64,000 nucleotides of DNA from Octopus sinensis. Taxonomy: Eukaryota. Shown here piece after piece: positions 38,571 to 51,944 of this stretch. Position 1 is the first letter of the stretch. The number at the start of each line of letters is the position of its first letter. The position numbers and the translations under genes were made by a program. The notes under the pieces are model-generated. The model was not told where the DNA came from and did no database searches. It saw only the letters and a program-made list of their open reading frames with translations. Location of the stretch: assembly GCF_006345805.1 (NCBI RefSeq), contig NC_043009.1, forward strand, positions 68,448,001 to 68,512,000. The letters run 5' to 3'.

Positions 38571-40100
38571 CTGGGGAATAATTTGAAAGCAAGAAAGAAT
38601 TAGTTAAGCAGAAGATGTGAATGCATTGGAGAAAAATAACTACATTAGCTCACTTTATATCATATGGCAAGCATGAAGCCTCCATATTGATGTTTGGCTG
38701 GCCATAAATGTAATCCTTTGGCTCGGAGGAATGGACTAAATACCTAACAGTATTTATTTTCAGTTGTCTAGGTTCAACAACATTGGTTTCAAGTTCAGCC
38801 CCAATGGAGAAATTGCTTGAAAATGGGCAAGGGTTGACAACAGGAAAGGAACCCAACCACAGAAAATTTGTCTCAATGGATTCTGTTTGACCCATGCAAC
38901 TAAAGAATGGTGAATGTTAAAATCACAATAATCAAGTAAGTTTTCCCATCCGTCCAGTTTCAATAAGCCACACTACCCAGCGCCATGTTCCAACATGACC
39001 AGCACGGTGGTGGGGGGTTTCTCCACCCATATACTAGCAAGGGGGATGAACACATTCACCTCAGAATCACAGAGGAATACTTCATTCAGAAGAAGACACC
39101 AAGCCTGAACCACTGGAATGAGGAAATATATTTATTGCTTCCAGGACCTCCTTTATCCATCATCAAATAAGAACAAAAAACAAACAATTTCTAACAAAGA
39201 AGGATTGATTTGAAAGCATTAACAAGATAAAACTAACACCAAGCAACAAGGCTCTCTACATGTCACATGCCATGAGAAGAGTAAACTATTAATCTATCCG
39301 TCTATCTATTGACCTGCCCGTCTGTCTGTCTGTCTGTCTTCTTCATCTACCTGCCCATGTCTACATCTACTTCCATATCCATAAACCTTTTATATATTCT
39401 TAATGTCTCACATCCGTGAACCTTTAAAACTTTTATATCCCTAAATCTATCACAAAAATTGAAGCCCCCCCCCCACCTCCTTCTACTCTACTGTTTTTTT
39501 ACTTTTTACTTTATCTTGTTTTATTTTATTTCATTTTATCTCCCCCCCTCCTTTATCTTCCTAACTTCTGCTGAAAGTGTTACCCTCTTATCTTACAGAG
39601 TTAAAAATATATAAACCATGCATTTTCTTCCCAATAACACAGTCTCCCCTTCTAAAGAGAAACTCTATATTTTAACTGCGTTGTTGGAATAATATTTGAA
39701 CATCATGGAAATTTTCTGAATCTTTTAAGACACACAAAATACATAAACTGGTTTCCTTCTTCACTTGTAAACATTTTCGCTACTAAACACTATTTATGAG
39801 AAACTGATGCTGGCTAACGGACTGACAATTACTGTTTATTCTAACACATCATTAATTGCTTTCATATATACATAGTCATGGCTGTGTGGTAAGTAGTTTG
39901 CTTACCAACCACATGGTTCCAGGCACCTTGAGCAAGTGTCTTCTTCTATAGCCAATGTTGGCGTGTTTACGTCCCTGTAACTTAGCAGTTCAGCCAACGG
40001 GACCGATAGAATAAACACTAGGCTTACAAAGAATAAGTCCTGGGGTCGATTTGTTCAACTAAAGGTGATGCTTCAGCATGGCCACAGTCAAAAGAATAAA

Positions 40101-40143
<43 letters not shown>

Positions 40144-40299
40144 GTTGTGTCTGGGGAGAGTCATTTTCTTTTTGTGCCTTATAATATAACACACTCACCG
40201 GTAAAATTTCCACTTTTTTCTTATTTTTATTTTCCTAAACAGAATATGCTTCAACACACAAACTCATATAAAGAATCTTGCAAATCAAATCCAAAAACG

Positions 40300-40343
<44 letters not shown>

Positions 40344-40743
40344 GCACACATACATACAAACATCCATATCATATCATATATCATTCATTATGCAAACACA
40401 TTACTGAGGTGAACACATACACATTCACAGCAGTGACATACACAGACACATACCTACTCACCATAACACCACTGCAATCTACCCATCTAAACACAGCTAA
40501 CACGCACATGAACACACACACATACACAATATGCATACATAATTAATGCACACTTACCACCCCACCCCCTGTTGCTTTTGTGTGTATGACACCTCATTCC
40601 TTCAGAGTCACCACCATTCATTTGACCTGTCATGTGTGCATCCACTCATTTATGCAATTCCTTACTTGAAAATCAGATAAAGGTTATTAACAGGAAGGGC
40701 TCAGAGTTGTAAAACAATGCCTAAATATTAAATCTGTCTAAGC

Positions 40744-41055
40744 CAGGGCTGGCCAACCTGAGGCCCAGACTTTTATCTTGTGGCCTGCTTGATACTTTCT
40801 TGAAATGGATTTATTTAAACAAACGTTTTAAAAATTTTATCAAACATTAAAGATTGTAATGAAAAGTAAAAAAGAAAGATGCTACTGTTTTTGCAATGAT
40901 AACATTTCCTGTTGAATCAACAATCGTTCATCCATTATTGTAATAACAGCACAAGAAAGCCAAATGCTTTCAATTCTGTCAGAATACAAGAGGCCCTCAT
41001 AAAACCCTTCTGTGATTAAAGTGCCCTACAAAGTAATTCGAGTTGGCCAGGCCTG
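40744..41055. mobile_element. hAT-type MITE inserted in a SINE family A-like copy
   Basis: TIRs CAGGGCTGGCCAAC / GTTGGCCAGGCCTG (13/14); 8-bp TSD GTCTAAGC / GTCTAACC. Confidence 0.82.
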
Positions 41056-41422
41056 GTCTAACCCATGCTGGCATGAGAGAATGGATGTAAAAATAAATGA
41101 AAATATATATCTTTTGCTGCTAAAACTGAGGAAACGATTCAACCGCATTACACAACAGGCCAATGGCCTTGCACCAAAGTGCCAATGCTGAAATGTGCAT
41201 ATGTTATATAAAGCTTGAAATGAGCAATTACATTTACTGCAGTTCATATTCACTAGTCAGTGTGGCTTGAACTCCAGACGCTAACCTACCCAGAGATGTA
41301 AAGGGTGCAATCAAGCTACATGGAGTACAGAAGTGGAACCATGTAGCAAAGCTCAAGCCTTTTGGTAACGTGTCGTGCATTCCAGCAGACTTTTCAATTA
41401 CGTTATTCTTTTGATGATGATG

Positions 41423-41783
41423 ACTTGTTTCAGTCATTTTCACTGTGACCATGCTGGAGCACCACCTTTAGTTGAACAAACTGACCCCAGGACTTATTGT
41501 TTGTAAGCCTAGCATTTATTCTATTGGTCTCTTTTGCCAAATAGCTAAGTTACAGGGATGTAAATACACCAACATCGGTTGTCAAGCGATGATGGGGGGG
41601 ACAAACACAAACACATACATAAGGGGCTTCTTTTAGTTTCTGTCTACCAAATCCACTCACAAGGCTTTGGTCGGCCCAAGGCTATAGTAGAAGACACTTG
41701 CCCAAGGTGCCATGCAGTGGAACTGAACCCAAAACCATATGGTTGGGAAGTAAGCTTCTTACCACACAGCCATGCCTATGCCT
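41423..41783 (-). mobile_element. SINE family C copy
   Basis: Reverse complement of the family C pattern. Confidence 0.75.
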
Positions 41784-42402
41784 ATACACAGCCACACTGT
41801 GTATAGTAATAGTAACCCTTTTGTACTATAGCTACAAGGCCTGCAGTTTTGGGGGAGGGAGCTGGTCAATTACATCAACCCTTAGTACTTAACTGGTGCT
41901 TACTTCACCGACCCCAAAAAGGATGAAAGAGAAAGCTGACCTCAGTGGAATTTGAACTCAGAACATAAAGACAAACAGAATGCCACTCAACATTTTGCCC
42001 AGTGAGCTAACACGTCCGCCAACATTCTTAAGGTTTGGTACAGCAAAACTTAGCCAAGTTACTCACAGTAAAGAATTACACCCAATGAATATGAAAAAGG
42101 GATTATTCCCTTAAGCAGATTATTCTAAATATAGAACTTTAATAAGAATAACTCAACCATAGATTGGAAATAGAAAAGCTTGTGGTTTGTCTATGACTGG
42201 AGCATAAGAAATACTTTGCACCAAATTTTGGGTTTCTTTCCTTCTTGTTTTTATAACAATGAGGAATACAATCCTTTCATCAACTCAAAATTCTTAAAAC
42301 TCTTCTTAAAATATAAACTAGTTGACTATTCTAAATATATCACTTGGTTTGAGGTGATACTTCTTGCCAATATTTTCTACTAGAAAATGAAAGTTTCCTT
42401 TG

Positions 42403-42772
42403 TATATGTGGCTGTGTGGTAAGAAGTTGGCATCCCAACCACAAGGTTTCAGTTTCACTACCACAGCATGGTACCTTGGCCAGAGAGTGTTCTATTACAG
42501 CCTCAGGCCGACCAAAACCTTGTAAGTGGATTTGGTAGACAGAAACCGCAAAAAAAAAACCCATCATGTGTCTCTGTGTGTGCGTGTTGGTTTATTTTTG
42601 TATTTGCCCCACCACTGCTTGACAACCACTGTTGGTTTGTTTACATCCCCATAACTTAGTAGACGGGCAGAAAACACCACTAGGATTAGTACTGGGGTGG
42701 ATTTGTTCAACTGGACCTGTCAAGGGAGTACCCCAGCATGGCCATATTCCAATGACTGAAACCAGTAAAAGA
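42403..42772 (+). mobile_element. SINE family C copy
   Basis: gtggctgtgtggtaagaag...cagcatggccatattccaatgactgaaaccagtaaaag. Confidence 0.75.
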
Positions 42773-43180
42773 ACAAAAAACTGCAAACTTACTTTTTTTT
42801 CTTGTTTACCTTTGGCAATTAATTACCTCCATATAAAACATGACTTTGCCAAAGTGTCTGCTGACATTGCCATTTACCTTCAAAGAATATTTATCACACA
42901 CTTCAAAAATCAATCGACTTATTTGAATATTAAAATTTTCAATAACGTTCTCTCCTTAGCTTTCGTTTTCTCTAAGATCTTTTCCTTTGCTGCGATTCTA
43001 CAAACATTAATTATGACTGATTACCTACACACACCTACCTGTATTGATTAGTTGAATCGGGAATTTACTTATATGGTGTCAGCAGTTTTGATATCTATTG
43101 ATTTAGATATTTATAGATTTAATTTTTGATGTGTGTCTGTGTGTGTGTGTTTTCAACTTTTTCTTTAACATCCTAGTGAA

Positions 43181-43500
43181 AGAATGTGGCTTCATGGTTA
43201 AGGTATTTGGTTCATAGTTGTAAGGCTGTTGGTTCGATTCCTAGCAGTGGATTGTGTCCTTGAGCAAGACACTTTATTTCACATTGTTCCAGCCCATTCA
43301 GCAGGGAAAAATGAATAGTCCCTGTATTTCAAAGGGCCAGCCATGGTGTCACATTGTGTGTCATGTTGCATCTCCGTCACAATGTTAAGGTATGTGTGTC
43401 TGTGGAGTACTCAGCCACTTGCATGTTAATTTCACAAGCAGGATGTTCTTTTGATTGAATCAACTGGAACATTCATTGTCGTAAATGATGAAGTGCCAGT
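43181..43500 (+). mobile_element. SINE family D (tRNA head GGTTCGATTCC, TGTGTCCTTGAGCAAGACACTTTA domain)
   Basis: Homologous to about 6597-6937, 47425-47570, 56895-57222 (+) and 36000-36310, 63690-63870 (-). Confidence 0.72.
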
Positions 43501-45193
43501 TTAACATCATCCATTCCTCTGAGCTAACATGGGTCGGATAGGGACTCACTCGAAGCAAGAATTTGCAGCTGCATGCTCTTCCTATCACCAACTCTTACCT
43601 GTGTGTGTGTGTGTGTGTGTTGTGGAAACAAATGTGTGCATGTTTATGTGCATCCATCCAAGCAATAATTTGGAGTAAGAACTCTATACTAGTTTCCCCT
43701 CCTCCTTTCTAACATATTTTTTCCCCTTACTATATTAGTTCCCCCCCCCCCTTTCTAACATATTTTAAACATATTTGAAGTTTTTAAATAATATACATTC
43801 TATTATCAATTGATTTTGTCCCCAACAGAGTTGAGTTGGATGTCCAGCTCACAAGATCAGTTTGATCTGCTCATGGCTGTTGAATTAACAAACTAAAAAA
43901 TTTAAATAAAGAATCCTTCAAACCCCACCAAAATACTGGAAGAAAGAAATTAACTGCTGAACATCTTCAAGATCCCCAATCATAACAATGCCATATCTTT
44001 AAGGAAGACATAAAATGACAGATACTCTCTGGGGGGAGACCTTTCTCCATCTCTCCTAACTGAAACAAGTATTAAATAAGGTTGTGTTCTTGCATTTGCT
44101 GGGTTTCCAGACCCCACTCCTATGTCCCACTTCAGTATTGTTATGATACAAGTATGTCCAACCACCAATGTCTACACATCTGAGCTTTAATAAACTGGTG
44201 ATAACACCGGCAGGGGGCAGGGGCTATTTCAGGCATGTTTGTGACTGCTTATCAACATTTTGGTTAAGAAGGTTTCAGTACAAACTCCACCTGGAATAGA
44301 AATAAGCTCCTCTCAAACTCATGTTCACAATTCAATAGGCCTAAGACAGCATCACCAGATTGGACCATTGATGGCTGTTGATGGTTGTGTATGGAGAATT
44401 GCAGAAAGGAATGCATCCTGCAGGTGGTCCAAGACAGTGATATAATAATCAACTAAAGCAAAAAACCATTCAAAATCTTTACTACTCATTCATCTTTCCT
44501 TATGAGCAATTGAGATCACCCAATTGTCCATTTTGAAAAGAAAATGGTAAGGTGGGTGTGGCTTCTTTGAAAGTAATCATAGAAGGAGAGGCTTCTAGAA
44601 GAGGCCAGTGTAGGAGGGAAGCAGACTTTTGGACCCAGCTGCATCACAATGCCCAGGTCCTTATTGACAGGGTTCTTTCAGATGAACAAACAAACAATTA
44701 GTTTATAAAACAAAAGAAACAAAATAAAATTCCCACAACAAAGATGTCAATGATGCTGATGCTAATGTTCCGAGTTGAAATCCCACCACAATCCACTTTG
44801 TTTTCACTCTTTTACTGTCAATAAAATAAGTACTGGGCTCCATATAGAATCGACCCTAACCCTCCCTGCCCTCTCTAAACTGTGTCTCCTCCTGTCTTTG
44901 TTCATTATTTCCCCATAATTATATGACAATTGAAACCAATCAATAAAACACAATTAGCCAGTGTTTATTATCTCGGACAGCCATTTGTAAATGAATGTCA
45001 GCAAACTGGTCAAATGTTTACCTTTATTACACTTGCTCAAAGATAATTGGATTTCTATTTGAAATTAATCATCTCTCACATCTCCAAGGTACACTGGGTT
45101 CAATGGCTGCTGTTTAGCCCAAGGTTGGCCTTGATCAAGCAGACTCAAGACTATCCAGTCTTTTTTTTTACTTTCCAGGGACCTTTTCTCTCC

Positions 45194-45460
45194 TTAGATG
45201 CCATATTCAGAACGTAGGGCATAGGCAACCATGTCCTTCCACAATTCTCCGTTCTTTGTTTTCTTCAACAGTTCCACTTCTTCCCGATGGTTAAAGCTTC
45301 TTTCTTCCAACCACTTCCTCAAGCTGGACATCCACATCCTCCTCCTCTTCCTTTCTCTGCTTCTTTTCCTTTCAATCTTTCCGGTCAGCATCAAATTCTC
45401 CAGGTTTTCTTTCCTCATCACACAACCAAAAAAATCTCAGTTGCATGGCCCTTATTTCAG
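45194..45460 (-). mobile_element. 3' end of an RTE-clade LINE
   Basis: MRKENLENLMLTGKIERKRSRER...W...LWKDMVAYALR resembles the RTE ORF C-terminus (GKIEGKRSRGR). Confidence 0.7.
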
Positions 45461-46384
45461 GGACTCTATCGTCAAATGTGTTCTTCCTTTTTTAAAATTT
45501 GAGACAGATTTAGCTATCATTTCTAATGATTCAAGGAAGCACATGTATGCTCTTTCCTTGGGTCATCAGGACTGTATAACTCTGTCTCCTGAAGAGTGGT
45601 AAATCTTCTCCAAGAAAACCTCCATACAGAACCCTAATGTTTCAGTAAAACCCATCATTCTTTATCAGTTTGTGTTACGTTCAATGTGCAAATCGATTTT
45701 TTCATGTTTACCAACATTTAAAAGGTGAGTTTTGCAAGCTAACAACAGAATATCTATGATTTGCAAGGTCACTTAACTACGTAGAAGTAGAAACCAAGCA
45801 TTCCTTAATTCACACCTTATTATCTTAAAAAGGAAAGAATAAGGTAATTCCAAACACACTATGTAAAAAAAAAAAGAAAAAAAGGCTTTTGGTTAGCAGT
45901 TTGTTGTGTCACAACTTGGAGACCAAAAAAGCTGTTTTTGTGACATTTCAGACAGACCTTTCATTATAGTATGAGAGGGAGCAAGTAACCACACCCAAAT
46001 GAAAATTGGGAAAGGATGGAAAAGAAAGGAGGTTTGGGAGTGGGGTGCATGAGTGCAACTAAGAGAAAGAGATTACAGGATTCAGAGATAGATAAAGAAG
46101 AAAATTCTGCCATGGACAAATTAATGCCAGCCAGAATCTCAGTTGGTCAAAATTGGGAATCCAGCCAGAAAGTTTGATGACAGCTGCTTCTGGCATGACC
46201 CTAGGGAGAAGGAGCCTGAGGACTCTATCCCCACCCTCCTGGCCTTCCCAGGAATAGTGGCTGGAGATGAAAAATGGATGGATGTATTAAAGACTAATCG
46301 TACAAAACAAATTAAGAAAACCTATCTACTTCAAACCTGTTTTTTTTTAGTTATTGAAATTGGTAAAAAGAAGTTTTCACTCAC

Positions 46385-46645
46385 CTCCTTCAGCACTCTT
46401 TTGAGCTTCTGTAGCAAATATGATGTCAGGTTCATTAATGGTGAAGATGGCCCAAGACTTTGAACGGAAGTTGAAGCCATGGAAACAGGCAAGAGACAGA
46501 TTGTTGCCTTTAAGTGTAACCGTTCCTCCCAAAATAGTACCTTCCTTTGGTAAAGGGGATGGCAACATGGAAAAACTACATCCAGCAGCAACAACCAAGA
46601 CTTTCTGCCAATGTCGGTGATGCCAAACTGAACTGTAGCTTACTC
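46385..46645 (-). CDS. BLTP1: BLTP1 exon (VSYSSVWHHRHWQKVL...LGGTVTLKGNNLSLACFHGFNFRSKSWAIF...EAQKSAEG), 261 nt, phase 1-1
   Basis: Acceptor tgtag|, donor |gtgagt; HHRHW and LACFHGxNFRSKSWA motifs. Confidence 0.93.
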
Positions 46646-47033
46646 CTACAACAAGAATAATAAAAAAAATGTAAGAAACAAAATAAGAAGAAAAAATAAA
46701 CAACATGACTTCAAGATTTCCCTTATTTGGCATTTAGTTTTAATTTTAGGTTTAAGGATATTTTCACACAAATTTTTCAGGTTAGTACACCAACATTGAA
46801 TGAACGACAGAGATAAATCCCATTCTTAAGTCGCAACATATACACATACCATTATTAAAGGAATTTGTAATATTAACTGCATAAACATGAATCATGGCAA
46901 TTGCATAAAAAATAAAAAACTACTAAAACAAAGAAGACTTGGAAACGATATTGTAAAGTCTGGTCTTTTTATTTCAAAATCTGTCCCTTAAAAATTTACT
47001 GAAAGTATATGTAAGACAGTAAAATGAAAATAA

Positions 47034-47397
47034 TTACCCTGCGCGCATAAGCAAAAGCAGGGTATTGTAGTCACTCATCTTAGTGTGTTTGTTTGTGTGT
47101 TTGCAAAATTACAGGAAAACAGTTGAATGGATTTTCACCAAATTTTGCATAAATACTCATTAGGTGAGTGGCTCAAACTCATTAAATTTCGGTTTGATTA
47201 TCTTCAAAATTGGCAGACTGGTGAATCAAAATGTTTTGTTTCTTTGTTATATATGCATAAATGATAAGCAAGGGAAATAACACTTTATGTCATTTTGTTG
47301 AAATATGAATTCATCTGAAAATATATTTATTAAATTGAATTTTATTTTATTTTATCCTTGTGTGCACAGGGTAAGCATCGCCCCTGCAATACCTTTT
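47034..47397 (+). mobile_element. Helentron-associated non-autonomous element (HINE/DINE-1-like)
   Basis: 5' subterminal repeat TTACCCTGCGC with local inverted copy GCAGGGTA, GTTT/GT microsatellite, 3' GCACAGGGTAA followed by a short hairpin and a T run. Confidence 0.6.
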
Positions 47398-47779
47398 TAT
47401 CATTAATTATAAACTGGATAATGTGAAGGCACATGCCTAGTGGTTAGGGTCCTGTGCTCGCAATCGTTAGATCTTGGGTTCGATTCCTAGATTGGACAAT
47501 GTTTTATATTCTTGAATAAAACACTTCATTTCACATTATTCCAGTCCACTCAGCTGTAAATGGATAACCCGGCAAAAGATTGGTCTTCTCTCTCCCTTAG
47601 GTTTGTCCCTTAATGATTTGTGAGACAGATTTTAAAATAAAAATGTTTTCTCACTTGTCACATGTAGAGGTGGATCTTGTAGCTTTTATTTGGGGGTGGG
47701 GAGAAGGGGCATTTGTACATGGAATTGAGGATATTTCTAATGCTGTTGTCACTGTCAATATTGATTTTTTTCTTTCTAT

Positions 47780-48020
47780 TCTTCAATCTGGAGTCCCTGT
47801 AACAAGCTTCTACATTTCTGGCAATCAAGCATTTCAAAACCAACAAGGTTGGCCTTCTTCACAGAATTCTTCTCTATGGAGCCAAAACCTGGACTACAAG
47901 GAAGGGAATATCAACATCACTATGATGGTATATACAACAGGCTCCTCATGGGGGCTCAAACCATCACATGACATGAGCACAAGAACAAAGAGATTTATAG
48001 ACATATTCCACCCATCTCTA
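47780..48020 (+). mobile_element. LINE (RTE-like) fragment
   Basis: attcttctctatggagccaaaacctggactaca = ILLYGAKTWTT, a LLYGxETW-like motif. Confidence 0.5.
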
Positions 48021-48739
48021 TTACTGTTGCTTAATAACAAGTAAGTTTTGCTAGTTACTGCTACTATTTAAAAAATTCTTTATTGTCCACAGGGAGACAA
48101 ACAAGGACAGACAAAGTCGATTACATTGACCCCAGTGCATAACTGGTACTTCTGGTACTTATTTAATTGATGCTGAAAGGATGAAAGGCAAAGCCAACGT
48201 CAGCTATTGTGCTAAACACCAAACCATACCAGATGCTAAATTTTAGATTTCCACACCGTAAGACAGCATAAAAGCCACCACTCAACAACCTACAATTTAT
48301 TGGTACCGACATGTAACATGAGACTGAGACTGTACCAAAGCAATGGAAGAGAGAGGTTCTTGGTGCAGAATGGTGAAATCCATCTGATTTGCAGCTGCTT
48401 GAAAAAAGATATTTTAGCTGCAGCAGATTATCTCAAATACTGGTTAATGTCCAAATAATGAGATCGTCAGTCTATAGAATAAAATGGTATACCACAATAC
48501 ACCCAGTGACCTCACTCCACCCCCAAACCTTCTTGTTATAAACATGTACCGTACAAAACACATCCAATTGCTTTAAGTAACGAGACCAATGGACGATTGA
48601 CAAACGTTTATTGTCAAGTGATTTTTTGTTATTGATTTCTACCATTTGATGGGGCCATGCTACAGCATTGCTATAAAACATTCAGTTGGTTGTATTGTTC
48701 CCCATGTTTTTTGGTAGACAGAAACTGAAAGAAGCTCAT

Positions 48740-48759
48740 ATGTGTGTGTGGGGTGGGGG

Positions 48760-48809
<50 letters not shown>

Positions 48810-48860
48810 TGTGTGTTGTGTGTGGGTGTGTGTGTTGTGTGTGGGTGTGTGTGTTGTGTG
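48740..48860. repeat. (GT)n microsatellite
   Basis: Seen directly. Confidence 0.9.
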
Positions 48861-51723
48861 CATGTTACTTGACATCACACGTTAGTAACAAGTGTCACGA
48901 TCATACAAGTAGTGACCATTTCCAGTCTCCCATCAAAACCTGTCTTGGAAACAGGTGAGGGTTGGCAACAGGAAAAGCATCCAGCAATAGAAATGCAAGA
49001 GGTCACATTAAAATGAAGACAATGATATATATATATATAGTTGTGACTGGCAACTAATAGCAGTCACAGGCATTAAATACTGATCGCTGTAGCTAGCCAT
49101 AAGCTGGAACTCAACTGAGAGCCACCATGGTATCCGGCCAAATAATATCTCCCTCCAAAACCACATTCATATATATATATATATATACACGCACACACAC
49201 ACGTCCACATACCCTCACATGCACAGTGACTGATTAATGCACAGACATGTGTATTCTTAGCAGGATTCTCAAACAAAATGACGAAACACAACAAAGCAAG
49301 GCCTACAAATTACAATCCATCCGATGAGCTTCCACATTTCCCGTATCTACCCACTGTTATTCACCAGGCGTGGGTCAGCCAGAGATGCAAACATATACAC
49401 ACGCTCCTCATATATACACAGACACACACACACCCGCAATGTAATAGATTATTTGTTCTGTGTTTTTACAAGTAATTTCCTGAAGATTACATTTATAATA
49501 AAACAGTAGAAAGATGCGGGTGGGGTGGGGGTGGGTGGGGCTGGCGTTTGAGTTGATGGTAACAATGTTGTGTACAGAGAAGTGTGCAGGAAATTGAATA
49601 TTACTGCCAACAGATAAGACTCCAGTCTAAACGGTTAATCCACTTAAATGGTGACAAAGTGAAACAGAAGTGCACTAACAACCAGTAGATTGGATTGACA
49701 TTAATAGAGTTCTGGCAGATATGCATGTCATGCGTGAGGGGGAGGAGGAGGAGGGGGAAGAACAGAAGGAATGAGGAGGAACAAATAGAGGGAGGTGAGG
49801 AGAGAGAGAGACAGAGAGAGAGAACAGAGAAAAGGGGTGGTGTTTAAGAGAGTGAATGGAAAAGGAGAGACTTGCAAAGTGGGGGGGGTGATGGGGAGAA
49901 AGAGAAATAAAGAAGAAAGGAGGAGAGGAGAAAAAGAATAGAGTAAGAGGGGAAAAGAGAGGGTGGAAGTCAGAGGAGGGAGTGGGGAGAGGGAGGGAAC
50001 AAGTGAAAGATTGAATGAGGGAGGGAGGAGGGGCGGGCTTTAAGTAAATAGCAAGGAACATTAAATGTAAATATTCAACATATATACATATCCACACATA
50101 CATATCTACACAGCCAGGCATATTCATACAGACATACGTAAACATATAGACACATGTAAAAAGGTAGATGCATACACAGGAACAGAAACACCAAAACCAA
50201 CAGCTACAACTTTGGCAGTTGTTCTTATTTCTTTATCTTCATTTTATCGTGGCATTCATTCCTTCATCTTTGCAATATTCTTCTCAACTCGCTGGTATTC
50301 AAACAATACATAAACATACACACCACTCACACACATATATATACATATGCACATATGTTTGTACAGCTTTTATGACAACATTCCATTTGTAAAGTGAAAT
50401 AAAATTCAGAAGAGATGCTTTTTGTTGTGTTTACATTTTTCATTTTAGATTTTAGTTTATATCTTTTTTCTGAGAATTCTTGATTACATAGAAAGTTTCT
50501 CAGCCAACTATGGCATAAAACTAAGAAGTTATACTGTTTTTCCTTGAAACTTGCTTCCATTTATTGGAAAACTAATGCTAGTTTATTTAGGCTGCAAGCT
50601 CAAAATGACAGGTCAGTGAATTAATTTAATCTGATACATACTGCAATAATGATATCAAAAACTTTGTAAATATGAACAAGAGAAAAAAAAAAAAACCACA
50701 GCTTGGAGTGACATGTTCAACTTGGTAATGAGAGAATTTGAGCAATTTAACCCAACTGTAAATTAGTCGAAATTCTTCAAGTAATTTAGCTGCAAGACAA
50801 CATCCTTCTGAACGAAATTATTGGAGAGTTGAAAGAATTTATCTTTACGAGAAAGAAAGTCATTTTTTTTAGTGCACCAAAACAGTGGTATTTTAAACAG
50901 ATTATGAATACTCTGCAAAGAAGAGTTTCTCAGAAGTAAAATTTCTAGGATTTCAAAGGATTAAATAATGATTTCTTACCGGGGAACATCACTAAAAAAT
51001 ATATAAAGGGTGCAATCAACTGAAAAGGACCTTCATATCGGTACTCTTCATGTTGTCCTAAAATTTAATTCTTAGATGTTAGATTCTGCTAACCAAATCT
51101 GTCAAAGAGTTTTCACTATTTCTTGTGTTATGTAATTGGGAAATTTAAGTCTACAGGTCAGACAGAATCTTGAAGCATCATCTTAGGATGCAGAAAAGTT
51201 ATCCAATCTTGAAAGAAAACCACTGCATGAATTTCTTACTCCGAATGAAAGATTCTCATAAAAAGTTATTTTAAAATCAATAAATTTTCTCAAAATTTAA
51301 TGGCCCCTTGCATCTCCAGTCAAAACTGCTGCTACGTACAGTGTTGATGGGAAGGTGATTGCAGGAAACCCATTCGTTGATAGACTTTCCAAGAGAAGGA
51401 ACATACCCATGGCCTTTGCAGATGAGTGAAATGGGTGAAGTTGATGTCTGTTCTGAATATTTGCAAGAAAACACGAGTGATGGAGGAAACAGAGAATCTA
51501 ATTTGAAAGTTTGCAACAGAATAGACACTGCCAAAAGCAACGGGAGACTGGGTGGTAGTGTTAAAATGAAATGCTATTCACGTCTATGTCATAGACGTGG
51601 CAAGTCAGGAGCCTATCATCCCACTAAGAAATGTACAGAGGCACAAACAGTCAAAAACCAAATCTCAATATATACACCAACATCTAGATTGTAATCAAAA
51701 TGAACATCTTGTCAAATACATAC

Positions 51724-51944
51724 CCAAATCTTCTGAGTTTTTGCGTTTGGTTGATGATTTGCTCTTCATTGATCCCCCAATCGGTCCAAAAGCAGAAAGG
51801 ACTCTCTTGCTGTTAGTGAGATAGGTGGTGAAGAACTCTTCCAATTTGGCAGCCATTTTTAATAGGTCTGGTGTAGTTGACCGTGAAATCATGATGTGGA
51901 ATTTATCCCAGTCCAGTGTTCCATGGACAAACAATATTGCTGGT
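51724..51944 (-). CDS. BLTP1: BLTP1 exon (PAILFVHGTLDWDKFHIMISRSTTPDLLKMAAKLEEFF...SEDL), 221 nt, phase 2-1
   Basis: Acceptor tttag|, donor |gtatgt; conserved FVHGxLxWDxF and ISRSTTPDL motifs. Confidence 0.93.

Noticed and set aside
50980-51019. 40-nt candidate exon (ttttcag|...CG|gtaaga)
   Set aside because: Short tract, T-rich body, frameshifting and no other support.
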